Source: Macrostomum lignano (taxonomy: Eukaryota). From it: a DNA stretch of 64,000 nucleotides. Under the pieces are notes generated by a model. The model ran no database searches and was not told where the DNA came from. It saw only the letters and a list, made by a program, of their open reading frames with translations. The translations under genes were made by a program, and so were the position numbers. The DNA is taken from NCBI GenBank assembly GCA_002269645.1, contig NIVC01001631.1:151886-215885 (forward strand), read 5' to 3'. Shown here piece after piece: positions 1-13,000 of this stretch (its first letter is position 1; each line of letters starts with the position of its first letter).

Positions 1-760
1 CCCCATTACCTGGTGAAAAACCCAGAAAAAACCCTGCTGTCTGCTGAAAAAACCTTAGCTTAGCTGTTCCCATCTCTGTGCCCTAACACTGTGTTGGAGC
101 TTCTCTCTGCGCTGATTGGCTGGCGGCCTCGCGTTAAATGTAAAACTTTCCTACCCTTGTCGCACTCACCCCAAAACCATTCTCTGCCCTCTAGCTGATG
201 GGCTATTGGTTATACGCTCGTAGCCAACTTTTGCAATTGGTCAGCCAGAACCAGTTCTCGGTTTGCCGGTTTGGCGGAGCGAAGGATGCTCTACAAACTG
301 AACATTTTTACCTTCTCAATCAACAGAAAATAAACTATACAAACTATTAAAAAACTTGCTCATTTTGGAACTGCAGAGGTTCGTTTTGAAACAGTTCAAA
401 TTAACAAATTTGTTTTTAACATACCAGTAATTTAACCGACGTATAGTTTTTACGATCTCGATGTACTTTTGGGACGAATAAGTAACTACGAGACTTTTTA
501 ATTCCTCCAAAGTCCTCTTGGCTCAGAGACACGAAACGAGGGTTTTCTCTTTGTTAAATTAACACCCGGACTTATTAATACTCATATATTATCAGCGTTG
601 ACCACTGTAAAAAATGGTTTTGCTAATTTGAAGACTTTTATATTACTGTCAGTAACAAAGGAGAGTTTTTTTACACATAACACAAAGCACTTTGTATTTG
701 AAAATTTTGGTTCATTGCTTTTTTTCAAATTATTCGTCGATTCTAACATTCATTCGACAG

Positions 761-1071
761 ACTATGAAGAGCTGGACTATGCTGAGATTATCCTAGCAAA
801 CGCTTCATCTCCGACTGACTCGAGCGTAGAGGTGTTGGCTAAGCGAGGCCAAGGCTACATCAAGGAGCACTTCTGGAGCGTGGAGACGTTTCGGGTAAGA
901 AATCAGCTGGTATTCTGACTGACTCACAAATAAAACTACTGTAAATTGATGTGAAAATAAACCTGATTTAACTTTAATAGATTGCTCGATTTGCCGGCGT
1001 CAGAAAGTCCACGTTCTATCGCCGACGCTTGTCATTTGCTGAGTTTGAGGTGTACGGCTACCCGAGAGTCT
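761..1071 (+). CDS. C-terminal part of an FTP/fucolectin-like (F5/8C-fold) domain, 2 exons
   Basis: Ends ARFAGVRK..RRRLSFAEFEVYGYP, like the FTP C-terminal GRYVRV...L.LCEVEVYG; splice phases are consistent. Confidence 0.55.
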
Positions 1072-4000
1072 GTATGTATCCTGTTGGAATACCGTAGACT
1101 GAGTATTCCGTAGACTGAGTATTCCGTAGACTGAGTATTCCGTAGACTGAGTATTCCGTAGACTGAGTATTCTATAAACTGCATAAACCTGATTTAACTG
1201 TATCTATTACCACATCTGACTTAAATCTCTAAATAAACTCACACAGCCGATCCTCAGTTGTTGAGCAATCCAGTCGGGCTGGAGGATGGTGCAGTGCAGG
1301 TAAACCAACTGGATCTCAGCGACTCTCTCGGGCCATCAACAATGCTGCCAACTGAGCACGCGGCCACCTGCATGCTGCGGTTGAATGCCAAGCAGCTGCC
1401 GGGACTTCCACCGGCGATGTACTTTTATAAAGGTGGATATTTTATAAACGTAGGAGGGTGCTGTAGCCCAGTGGTTAGAGCGTCGGACCCCCGATCCCAC
1501 TAGAACAATTTGTGTCCTTAAGCAAGACACCCAACTCTGCATGCTTCATTTCACCCAGCTGTAAAATGGGTGCCAGCATTAGCTGGGGTAATTGAGGGTG
1601 TGTGGCGACCCTCCAGTCCTTGGACTGAACAGCCGTACGCAGCCTTCAGATGCGCCGCGCGATAGCTGCGGCTGAGCTGTCGGTTGCACATCTGGCCCAA
1701 TGTGTACAGATGTAATCAATTATAAATTAATTGGTACTATTAATATAGGTGGAAAAAATCGATGCTATCTAGAGATTGAGTTTCAATTGACTAAACACGA
1801 GCCTCCAAAACACTTCAGTTGGCATCACGCTCGACATCAACCTGCCAGTCCGGCATCGGATAAGCGGTCTGGTGACGCAGGGAGGCGGTTTGTTCGACAG
1901 CACAAATAAGTGGATGGCCTACGTGACCGAGTTCCAGCTACTGTACGGCGACGATCCCAGAGTGCTGCGGCCGTACAATTCATTTTCTACTGGCAGTAGT
2001 GTAGAAAGCATCGTAAGTATTAGTTTATTCTAATTGAGACTAAAATTTCCACTATCGTTTAAACATGGCAAGAGATGGTCGGCTTCAACTCTTAAAATGT
2101 TGTTGTTATTATTATTATTATCAATTTTGCTAGAATTTCTGCTGTATAGATGTTTCTATCTTCTTAAACAGGAAGTGTGGAACTTCACTATCTTCCCCCC
2201 ACATGGCACTGTGGGTAGGTCCTGTTCTCGTAAGGGATCTTTGGTTTCGCAGTCCTCATTGTCTCGCAGGCCAGTTTTTGGATTGCTAGTCTAAATTGTG
2301 ACAGGGTGCACTTTAGTTCTGGATTGGAAACTTATAGGACATGCTTTTCGGTTGAGTAGTGCCTAAATGTCATGAATTAAAATGTCACATTCTCATCCAA
2401 TCCGCAGCACAATTTTGCTGGCCAACAAAACGACGAGATCGCGCTCCGGTTCGACCTGCCAGTCCCGATATTGGCCAAGCTGGTCAGATTCGTGCCAACC
2501 AAGTTTGTGAACTCGCTGGCTCTGCGACTGGAGATTCTCGGCTATCCAGAGGGTGAGGTCCACCTCCCTGCCTGGTCTGATTCAATGTACACTCAGTGAA
2601 TGTACTGACCAACGGTCTTGGGTAGAGCAGGTGCAGGCGAACTCCGGCCCGTGGGCCACATGCAGCTCGCAAAGCCTCTCTATCCGGCCCGAGGGTCCTT
2701 TGAAACTTCACAATAGCAATCCGACCCGCTCAAGATTCGTGTCTCTTGTCAGATTTCTTCTCTTTAATCTCCTCTCTCTTCTCTCCTCTCTCCTCTCTCT
2801 TTTCTCTTCTCTTCTCTCCTCTCTCCTCTCTCTTCTCTCTTCTCTTCTCTCCTCTCTTCTCTCTTCTCTCTCTTCTCTTCTCTCCTCTCTCCTCTCTCTT
2901 TTCTCTTCTCTTCTCTCCTCTCTCCTCTCTCTTTTCTCTTCTCTTCTCTCTCCTCTCCTCTCTCCTTTCCTATTTCATCTCTCCTCTATTCTCCTTTATT
3001 TCCTCGCCTCTCCTTTATCTCCTTTCTCTTCTCTCTTCTCTATTACTTCTCCTCTCCTGCCGACCCCTAGGGTAGAGAAAAAACACAAAGACACCTCCGG
3101 TGCCCTAATCAGTGTACAATAACGAATTTACGCTTGACTAAAGGGACAGAGAGAATCCGTATTGGCTTTCTTCAGTGTACTTAAACACCCCCCCCAATGC
3201 GGATCGCTTTGAAAGACCCCGAAATAATATTTAAATCAGCAGGAGCTACCCCTCTAGCATAGTGACACAGAAGATAAGCAACATCATAGGTGATTCAAAA
3301 ACGCATGAAGGAAAGCCTACTCAAGTATGGACAATTGCCGTCTCTCGTTAGTGGTGGTATGCATACCTCATGATCAAAGGGTAGAGTCTCGGGTGTCGAT
3401 AGAATTGATAATTCCTTTCCAGATTGCCCGGTTGTTCCGTCTGATCACCTGACTAGCCAGTCGGCGAGCGGGCAGACAGTCAGTCTACAATTGAAAATGT
3501 ACTTTTGGCTAACGGGATTTCAGCTGCCAGCGAGTGGCGGAGACACAGCGGCGGCCGTTCTACTGCAGTACAGAAACCTGAGAAATGGCAGCTTGACAAA
3601 CCTCACTGTCAATGGAGTGCCTTATGTGAGTCAAAGCATGGCACAGGGGTCGGCAAACTCCGGCCCGCTCAATATCTCTTCTCAGCTCTCTTACCTCCAC
3701 TCTCCTCTCTTCTATCTCCCTGTCTCTTCTCTCATCTTCTCTCTCGCCTTTCCTCTCTCCTCTCCACTATTTCCCCTCTTTTCCTCTCTCATCTGGCCCA
3801 CAGTCATTAGCTAGGCTCTTTATCTTGCGGCTTGCCAACCCCTGCCATAGTGTCAATATTAAATCGTGTCTTTCTTCGACGCCCCAGGTATTCAAGCTGA
3901 TCTATGGACTCAACCAGTCGTTTCCAAGATCGGTACTCACCAATGAGCTGCATCTGATATTTTTGAATAGTTCGACGCCAGCGTCTACCGGTGTTAGCAT

Positions 4001-7000
4001 TCGAGGCTGCCTTCAGTACGAAGGTGAGCACTGGGAGAGGCACGGGTCAATCTGGCAATGCTGTTCCCTCACTTGAAGTATGCTCATTGGAGTATTGTAT
4101 TGAATATAGTAGTACGTGCATGAAAGTAAACAAAATGGATTGCTAATCTATCCGATATGCACGTGGGCAGAGCACCACGAGAACCAACCCCCAAGGCACA
4201 GAGAGTGTACATGCCTGAGAGTGTACATGCCAGACGATTAGAAAGTCAGGGCCGCTGTACACCCTGTGTGAGCGTGTGTGTGCCTGCGTACAGTACTGGC
4301 GCACTTGTATGTGCTCAGGAGTCAGCAGAATGAGCAGAATTGCCGTCAGCGCTGGTTGTGTTGTGTTGGACGATGTCGCCGAAGGCGTCGCAATTACGGC
4401 CGAGGCCACCCACCCAACCTCCTGCCAGACTGTCCGTTCGGCTTCTTCCGGCACAAGTCCAGCTGCTTCTGGGCCCCCATGCCGCTGAACAGCACCAAGC
4501 AGTACCCGCACACGGTGGCGCCTCCCCTGGTGGCCAAATCCATTTGCGAATCGATTTCCTGGAACGGCAGCGGCCACCTGGCCAGCCCGAGAAGCATTGC
4601 CGAGCAGCAGCTGTTCTACTACCTGTTTTACCATGCTGCCGATGGGTGAGACTGTGCTCAAATGCTGGCTGCTCAATACCTGCTGAACCTTACTTTAGAT
4701 TTGAATTAAAAATAGTCGTAGAACATCAGCCACCCAATGAACTATACCAGCTACCATTCTATCATTAATTGTACCCAATGACCTACCATCCTACCATTAA
4801 ATGCACCCAATGACCTACCATCCTATCATCAAGTGTACCCAATGACCTACCATCCTACCATTAAATGCACCCAATGACCTACCATCCTACCATCAAGTGT
4901 ACCCAATGACCTACTGTACCATCCTATCATCAAGTGTACCCAATGACCTACCATCCTACCATTAAATGCACCCAATGACCTACCATCCTATCATCAAGTG
5001 TACCCAATGACCTACCATCCTACCATTAAATGCACCCAATGACCTACCATCCTACCATTAAATGCACTTTCTTGTTACTATGCAACTCAACATCTCGATA
5101 ATCCAGCAGTCAGAGTCAGCACAAATTCGTGCACATCGACGGCCGCTGGAACCGAACATCCGGCCGCTGGGAATGGTGGGACGGCAGCCCGGTTACCTGG
5201 TCATTCTGGCAGCACAGCTATCCGGGAAAGCAGTGCCTCATGATGTCGCTGGCCAATGGTGGAGCCTGGAACAATATTCAGTGCGACACCTACCTGGCCG
5301 CATACCCATTCCTGTGCGAGGTGGCGGCCTTGAGCACGGGCTACAGCCAAGTGGCCTCGCCAATCAGCATCGTTGGCGCTCCAGTCAACACTTCTCAGGT
5401 ACTAATGTGCTCCTCACAAACAGCACCCCACAAACAGCAACCCACAAACAGCACCTCACAAACAGCACCTCACAAACAGCACCCCACAAACAGCACCTCA
5501 CAAACAGCACCTCACAAACAGCACCTCACAAACAGCACCTCACAAACAGCACCCCACAAACAGCAACCCACAAACAGCACCCCGCAAACAGCAACCCACA
5601 AACAGCAACCCACAAACAGCACCTCACAAACAGCACCTCACAAACAGCACCCCACAAACAGCACCTCACAAACAGCACCTCACAAACAGCACCTCACAAA
5701 CAGCACCTCACAAACAGCACCCCACAAACAGCAACCCACAAACAGCACCCCGCAAACAGCAACCCACAAACAGCACCCCGCAAACAGCACCCCACAAACA
5801 GCACCCCACAAACAGCACCCCACAAACAGCACCTCACAAACAGCACCCCACAAACAGCACCCCACAAACAGCACCCCACAAACAGCACCTCACAAACAGC
5901 ACCCCACAAACAGCACCCCACAAACAGCACCTCACAAACAGCACCCCACAAACAGCACCCCACAAACAGCACCCCACAAACAGCACCCCACAAACAGCAC
6001 CTCACAAACAGCACCCCACAAACAGCACCCCACAAACAGCACCTCACAAACAGCCATCCAACCCCCCCGCACTTCCTCACCCAACAGATCCGCTCCACCT
6101 CCGGCCCCATCGGAGCCGCAAACGACGGCGACTTCACCCAGGACTGGGCGCTGCGGCCCGGCCTGTCGCTGGAGTACGCCTACGGGCCCAGCAACTACGA
6201 TTGGTGGCGAGTGCAGCTGCCTGCCAACCCCGGCCGGGTGGCCTTCGTCTGGCACTACCTGAGATCGGATGCTAACGGTGCGTGCTGAGCCTGCTGTCAG
6301 TCAAATGTAATGTGATGAGGCAGCTCAGTCAGGGTTGCTGTACACCCTGTGTGAGCCTGTGCCTCCTAGCTAAGGCTCATGATGGGGGGGGACGCTGAGA
6401 CGCTAGAGCACAAGTCAAGGGTTAGGGTTAGGCTTATGCTTAGGGTTAGGCTTATGCTTAGGATTAGGGTTAGGGTTGGGGTTAGGGTTAGGCCATTGCT
6501 AAAGGGAGATGCTGATTGGTGTCTTAGGCTACAAAGCTTCTTGATATCAGGGCCAATGCCTGTCTGCTTTAAACATCTTACAACTCTACAAGACACTGTC
6601 AATAGTGAGTCATTTTTATATACAAGGCTTCCTACAGATAGAGCTATTTTCAATATTTTTTTCGAATGTTTTTTTAAAAAACTCTGAATTCCGATGAAAT
6701 ATTTTTCTTTTTGCAGAGAATTTCAAAGATTATGAGTGCTGGCTATCTGACACTGCAGCTGACAACCCCTTCTTGTTAGCAATGCCCAACAGCTTCTTCT
6801 GTCAGGCATCGTTGGGCACCTACAGTCCCGGCGGGGTCATTGAGTACACCTGCGATTGGTTCGGCAGGTTTCTGACTGTGCGCAGGCGCCGCATCAGCTG
6901 CTGCTTCGGAGCCAGCGAGATCCTTGTGTACAGAGTGCAATGTGAGTGTGGGAGATAGATTAGCAATCCACTTTGCTTATTTATTCATTTTGGCTAGATT

Positions 7001-10000
7001 AGCAATCCACTTTGCTTATTTATTCATTTTGGCTAGATTAGCAATCCACTTTGCTTATTTATTCATTTTGGCTAGATTAGCAATCCACTTTGCTTATTCA
7101 TTCATCTAGGCTAGATTAGCAATCCATTTTTCTTATTCATTCATCTAGGCTAGATTAGCAATCCATTTTTCTTATTCATTAATCTAGGCTAGATTAGCAA
7201 TCCATTTTTCTTATTCTTCATATAAGCTAGATTAGCAATCCACGTCATTGATTTATTCGTATAGGCTAGATTAGCAATCCACTTTGCTTATTTATTCATC
7301 TAGGCTAGATTAGCAATCCATTTTGCTTATTGATTCATCTAGGCTAGATTAGCAATCCACTTTGCTTATTTATTCATTTTGGCTAGATTAGCAATCCACT
7401 TTGCTTATTTATTCATTTTGGCTAGATTAGCAATCCACTTTGCTTATTCATTCATCTAGGCTAGATTAGCAATCCATTTTGCTTATTCATTAATCTAGGC
7501 TAGATTAGCAATCCATTTTTCTTATTCTTCATATAAGCTAGATTAGCAATCCACGTCATTGATTTATTCGTATAGGCTAGATTAGCAATCCACTTTGCTT
7601 ATTTATTCATCTAGGCTAGATTAGCAATCCATTTTGCTTATTGATTCATCTAGGCTAGATTAGCAATCCACTTTGCTTATTTATTCATTTTGGCTAGATT
7701 AGCAATCCACTTTGCTTATTTATTCATTTTGGCTAGATTAGCAATCCACTTTGCTTATTCATTCATCTAGGCTAGATTAGCAATCCATTTTGCTTATTCA
7801 TTAATCTAGGCTAGATTAGCAATCCATTTTTCTTATTCTTCATATAAGCTAGATTAGCAATCCACGTCATTGATTTATTCGTATAGGCTAGATTAGCAAT
7901 CCGCGGTACAAGCTACCCAGACTAAAGTACAAGTACTTCACAATCCTGTTTACAGACGCCGAGTCCCCGAGGCCGCCGCAGAAGCTGTCAGTGAAGCGAA
8001 GCAACATTTATCCCAGCCTTAATTATCTCAACAGCGAGTCAGCCGTGAGCCTCATCAGGCTGCTCAGATTCTGCGACCAGCAGCTGCCAGCCGCCTGCGC
8101 CTCCGTTGCCGTCGCCTCCTTGAAAGCGACTCGATTCAGTGACGCCAACGCGACAGACTTCGAGACCGCCATGTTAAACTTTGACAGCAACACGGACTGC
8201 TTGTTGCAGCGGATGCCGTATAGTGAGGATTCCCCCGCTCTGGGAGTCCCCTGTTATTGGAATCCCCTGCTATGGGAATCCCCTGCTATTGGAATCCCCT
8301 ACTATGGGAATTCCCTGATATGGGAATCCCCTGCTATGAGAATCACCTGATATGGGAATCCCCGGCTTTGGGAATCCCCTGCTATGGGAATCTCCTGCTA
8401 TGGGAATCCCCCGCTCTTGGAATCCCCTGCTATATGAATCCCCTGCTATGGGAATCCCTTGCTATGGGAATCCCCCGCTCTGGGAATCCCCTGCTATTGG
8501 AATCCTCCACACTTTATGACACCCTATGCTCCAGAGTAGCGAGCTTATGAAATCCATTGAAAGTCATTTTGGGATCTTCTAGCCTTATGAATTTTTCATT
8601 ATACAGGGATTTTTGGAATTAACTTTTAGTTGAATAGGCAATTAATTGGGAATCCCGATAAGCCAGATTTGCCTTTTTGTGGATTTCCTCAGTTCTTCAG
8701 TATAATCGTTGCCCTGGTTGCTTCTACTGATTCAAAAATGAAAATTTCAGACCCGCAAAATGACTGGCCCCTCATCAGCGGGGTCGACGGTCTGACCAGC
8801 GCCTCGCTGACGTCCAAGTCGGAGAGTCTTCTGTACACCGCCAGGAGCGCTTCCTACCGGGTGCAGTCTTTCTGTGAGTGCAATCCGAGACGATTTGTTC
8901 GCTGTTATCGAATACATTTACTTCTGTATGCACTGGCGTACTATTGGTTTTGTCAGCCTAACTGAGAATAAAGCCATCCAAAGTGAGAATCCTGCCTACG
9001 CTGACTGCGAAGGGCCTGGCTGCGTCCAGCCTTAGTCTATGAGCTATATGAGTCTAGGATTTTAACTCTTTACTTTACTGTACTGTATCATCCAGTGTGT
9101 TCCTGTTTCCGTTATTCTGTTCAAGCTATTGGCTAGTCATATGACTCAGAAGGTATAAAAATAAAAGAATACGACGCATAGACCAATCGATTCTCACATT
9201 GGATGGCTTTTTATCACTTTGCTTGTCCTTTATAGTCTATGACCCATAGACTAAGGCTGCACGCAGCCAGGCCCTTCGCAATCAGCGTAGGCAGGATTCT
9301 CACATTGGATGGCTTTTTATCACTTTGCTTGTCCTTTATAGTCTATGGCCCATAGACTAAGGCTGCACGCAGCCAGGCCCTTCGCAGGCAGCGTAGGCAG
9401 GATTCTCACTTTGGATGGCTTTATTCTCAGTTAGGCTGACAAAACCAATATCATTAAGTAAAGTATTTTTTAATTACCTACACACAATCTCGTATCTCCC
9501 AGCGGGGATCTCTAATCTCCCAGCGGGGATCTCTAATCTCCCAGCGGGGATCTCGTATCTCCCAGCGGGGATCTCTAATTTCCCAGCGGGGATCTCTAAT
9601 CTCCCAGCGGGGATCTCTAATCTCCCAGCGGGGATCTCTAATCTCCCAGCCGGGATCCCATATCTCCCAGTGGGAATCTCGAATCACCCAATAGGGATCT
9701 CGTATCTCCAAATAGAGATATCGTATCTCCCAGCGGGGATCTCGTATCTCCCAATGGGGATCTTGTATCTCCCAGTAGAAATATCGTATCCCCCAGTGGG
9801 GATCTGACCCTGATTGCCGACCTGCAGTCTGTACACCAGCTGTGATTCTCATTGCCTTCTCAAACTCCACAGCACCGGACGGCCTGAACCCGGACCCCAG
9901 AGCGGCCCAAGTGGCCATGTGGCCGCTGGACAATGGCACAGCGGGTGCCAATGCAACTGGGCCGCACGGCCTGCTGTACCACGGGCTGGTCAGCCCCAAT

Positions 10001-13000
10001 GCCAGCTGGGTGTTTGGCCCCACCTACAAGACGGGCGGCGGGCTCTACCTGTCCGAGGTCTCGAACTCGAGCCTGCTAGCACCGGGAGGCGTCGCGTTAA
10101 ACCTGGACTCCCCGGTGTACACCTTGTGCATATACTTTTACGTGAACGCCACGTACAATTTTGCCAGCCCATTGCTGCAGTCAACCAACGGCAGTCTGCA
10201 GTTCCGAATGACCAGCCTGGTTGGTTTCGAGCTGAGAGTTCGCCGCCGCTCCGGGCAGTTCGCCACGCTGACTGGCAGTTTCGTGTTCGACCTGCTGTGG
10301 CGATTCGTGTGCATCACGGTTGACACGGCGGCTGGCAGGCTGCAGATCCTGGACAGGATTAGAATTGAGTTCTCAGCCTCTGTTGCCAACTCCAGCGCCG
10401 ACCCCATGGAGACAATTCACGGGTGAGCGAAGTCCTTCCTGGTGAAAGTTTTTTTGCATTTTCTCAGTATCTCAGCTTCTGGACTTCTCAATTAAAATTG
10501 AGAAAGTTTGTCTAGATACTCGTAAAATGACCTAAAGAGACAGTAACCGCTTATATTTCGCGAGAAATTTGCTTCTTTGTTCGTCTCATAAAAATTTGCT
10601 AAACAGAGTTGTGAAATCAACCTCATCTAAAACTCATATTTATTTAGACTGCTCAATTGATTTGTACTCGTAGCTTTGGTCATTATTCTGCAGTTGGTCC
10701 TCAATGTACTTTTGCCCATATCCAAAATTTCATCACGTGGCTGCTTTCTCATCTTTATGATCCATCCAATTAGTCTGAATCCATCTTGATTTATTTGTAC
10801 CCGTTGGTGCTAGTAAATTCCGCGACATCCAAGTAGTCACTGCTGCGGCTGGAACAAGCGTTGGGATGGTGCGCTGGCTCATCTGGGCGGCGCCAGGGAC
10901 CGCAAAGCACCACAGAGGCAAACTTGGGGTCGGGACACTGAACTGCCCGCACTCTCAAGGCCGCCTGGCGGAGAGGAGCTTAAGGTCGAGCTAGTGCTCG
11001 ACCTTAGCTATGACGTGATCGCGCTGCAGGAGGTGTCCATCAAGGCTGATCCGGGACTTCTGTGTGAGCATCTTGGCGCTGGATAGACACCCTACTAGAC
11101 ATCGGTGAACCAGCGAGGCCGTGAAGGAGTTTGAATGCTGATACGATCAGGCTTCAGCAGAGCTGTTGCTGGGTTTTCCTGTCCCCCGGCTACTTGGGTC
11201 GACATCCGGCTTCGTGGAGGGAACACTTGCCTGCTCTGGGCGTATGCGCCCCCTGCCACCAGTCCTGTTGAGGCTCAAGACTTCTTCGAGCAGCTCTCGG
11301 TGCGCGTGAAGGTTAAAGCGCAGCGCAGACCTGAACACGATTATGTAGAGAACGGCAACACCGGAGTGCTGGAGGACCGCCACGCCGTTAACTGCCGCGC
11401 CATCACGTCGCTGGGTCTGCGGTGCGATCATCGACTCCTCCTCAGCGATATTTGCCTTCGCGATACGGTCCGCCGAAGGCGCTACTAACGCATTGCTAGC
11501 GCTCTCATTACTGCGCTCGGCCGTGGAAGTCAGCCTGCTGTACAACGTTGAGACATGGACCTGACAAACTCGCTCAAGCAACAAGTAGACGCGGCACACG
11601 CTTGCCTGCTGCACGCCGCATTCAAGAGCGAGTTTCCAACGCTGCACGGTGCACTGCATCGCTGCACCGGCCTGGTCCGTCCAAGCGATCTGTTGCGCTA
11701 TAGGCGACTCCAGCTGGGAGACCCCATCATCCGCGCCGAGTCGTATTGCCTGCAGCCGGCGCATGAGGGGTTGACAGCACGCATTTGGCGTTTCTTCGAC
11801 TGCTTGCTGCTGGCGCTGTCGCCGGCGCTCCGGCGGGTCCTTCATTGGCGACTTGGCCCAGAGGCGCGCCCTGTGATGCTGCTTTCTAAAGACCCCGACA
11901 ACGTATTTTAGTGCTGTTAGCTAGCCAATAAGAATTCAGAAGTAAAAAGAGACACTAGTAGCTTACTAGCGTATTATTGTGCTTCTCAGTTATAGTGATA
12001 TTTTTCTGCTTTTCTATTAACCTTCTTTTAAGACAGTGCATTCTGTACGAACAGCTAGCTTAGCCATACAGTATCTTATGTATAGAAATACCCCACCACT
12101 CAAAATATTGCAGCCAGCAGCTCCTGTTCGGCAATGGCAGCTCATTCCACCTGTTCTGCGTGCAGCTGTACAAGATGGCATTCACCACGCCTCTGGCGCA
12201 CTGGGCCTACAGGGAGTGCGCACCATACACCAAGTGTAGGTGACGGAATGGACGGAAGGCACAGAGAGTTACATGCCTGAGAGTGTACATGCCTGAGAGT
12301 GTACATGCCTGAGAGTGTACATGCCTGAGAGTGTACATGCCTGAGAGTGTACATGCCTGAGAGTGTACATGCCTGAGAGTGTACATGCCTGAGAGTGTAC
12401 ATGCCTGAGAGTGTACATGCCTGAGAGTGTACATGCCTGAGAGTGTACATGCCTGAGAGTGTACATGCCTGAGAGTGTACATGCCTGAGAGTGTACATGC
12501 CTGAGAGTGTACATGCCTGAGAGTGTACATGCCTGAGAGTGTACATGCCTGAGAGTGTACATGCCTGAGAGTGTACATGCCTGAGAGTGTACATACCTGA
12601 GAGTGTACATGCCTGAGAGTGTACATGCCTGAGAGTGTACATGCCTGAGAGTGTACATGCCTGAGAGTGTACATGCCTGAGAGTGTACATGCCTGAGAGT
12701 GTACATGCCTGAGAGTGTACATGCCTGAGAGTGTACATGCCTGAGAGTGTACATGCCTGAGAGTGTACATGCCTGAGAGTGTACATGCCTGAGAGTGTAC
12801 ATGCCTGAGAGTGTACATGCCTGAGAGTGTACATGCCTGAGAGTGTACATGCCTGAGAGTGTACATGCCTGAGAGTGTACATGCCTGAGAGTGTACATGC
12901 CTGAGAGTGTACATGCCTGAGAGTGTACATGCCTGAGAGTGTACATGCCTGAGAGTGTACATGCCTGAGAGTGTACATGCCTGAGAGTGTACATGCCTGA

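Noticed and set aside
1454-1530. tRNA gene
   Set aside because: Only the A box/D-arm is recognisable; no intact T-arm or acceptor stem; followed by a CORE-like SINE body
2553-2745. Possible extra exon (QCTLSECTDQRSW...)
   Set aside because: Exon 2408-2552 already splices in phase to 3423; no convincing donor; the ORF runs into a TC repeat
5412-6055. Mucin-like TNSTPQTAPHKQH ORF joining the CTL and FTP exons
   Set aside because: Canonical GT (5399) and AG (6087) sites with matching phase 0 remove the 14-bp array; intron retention would change frame
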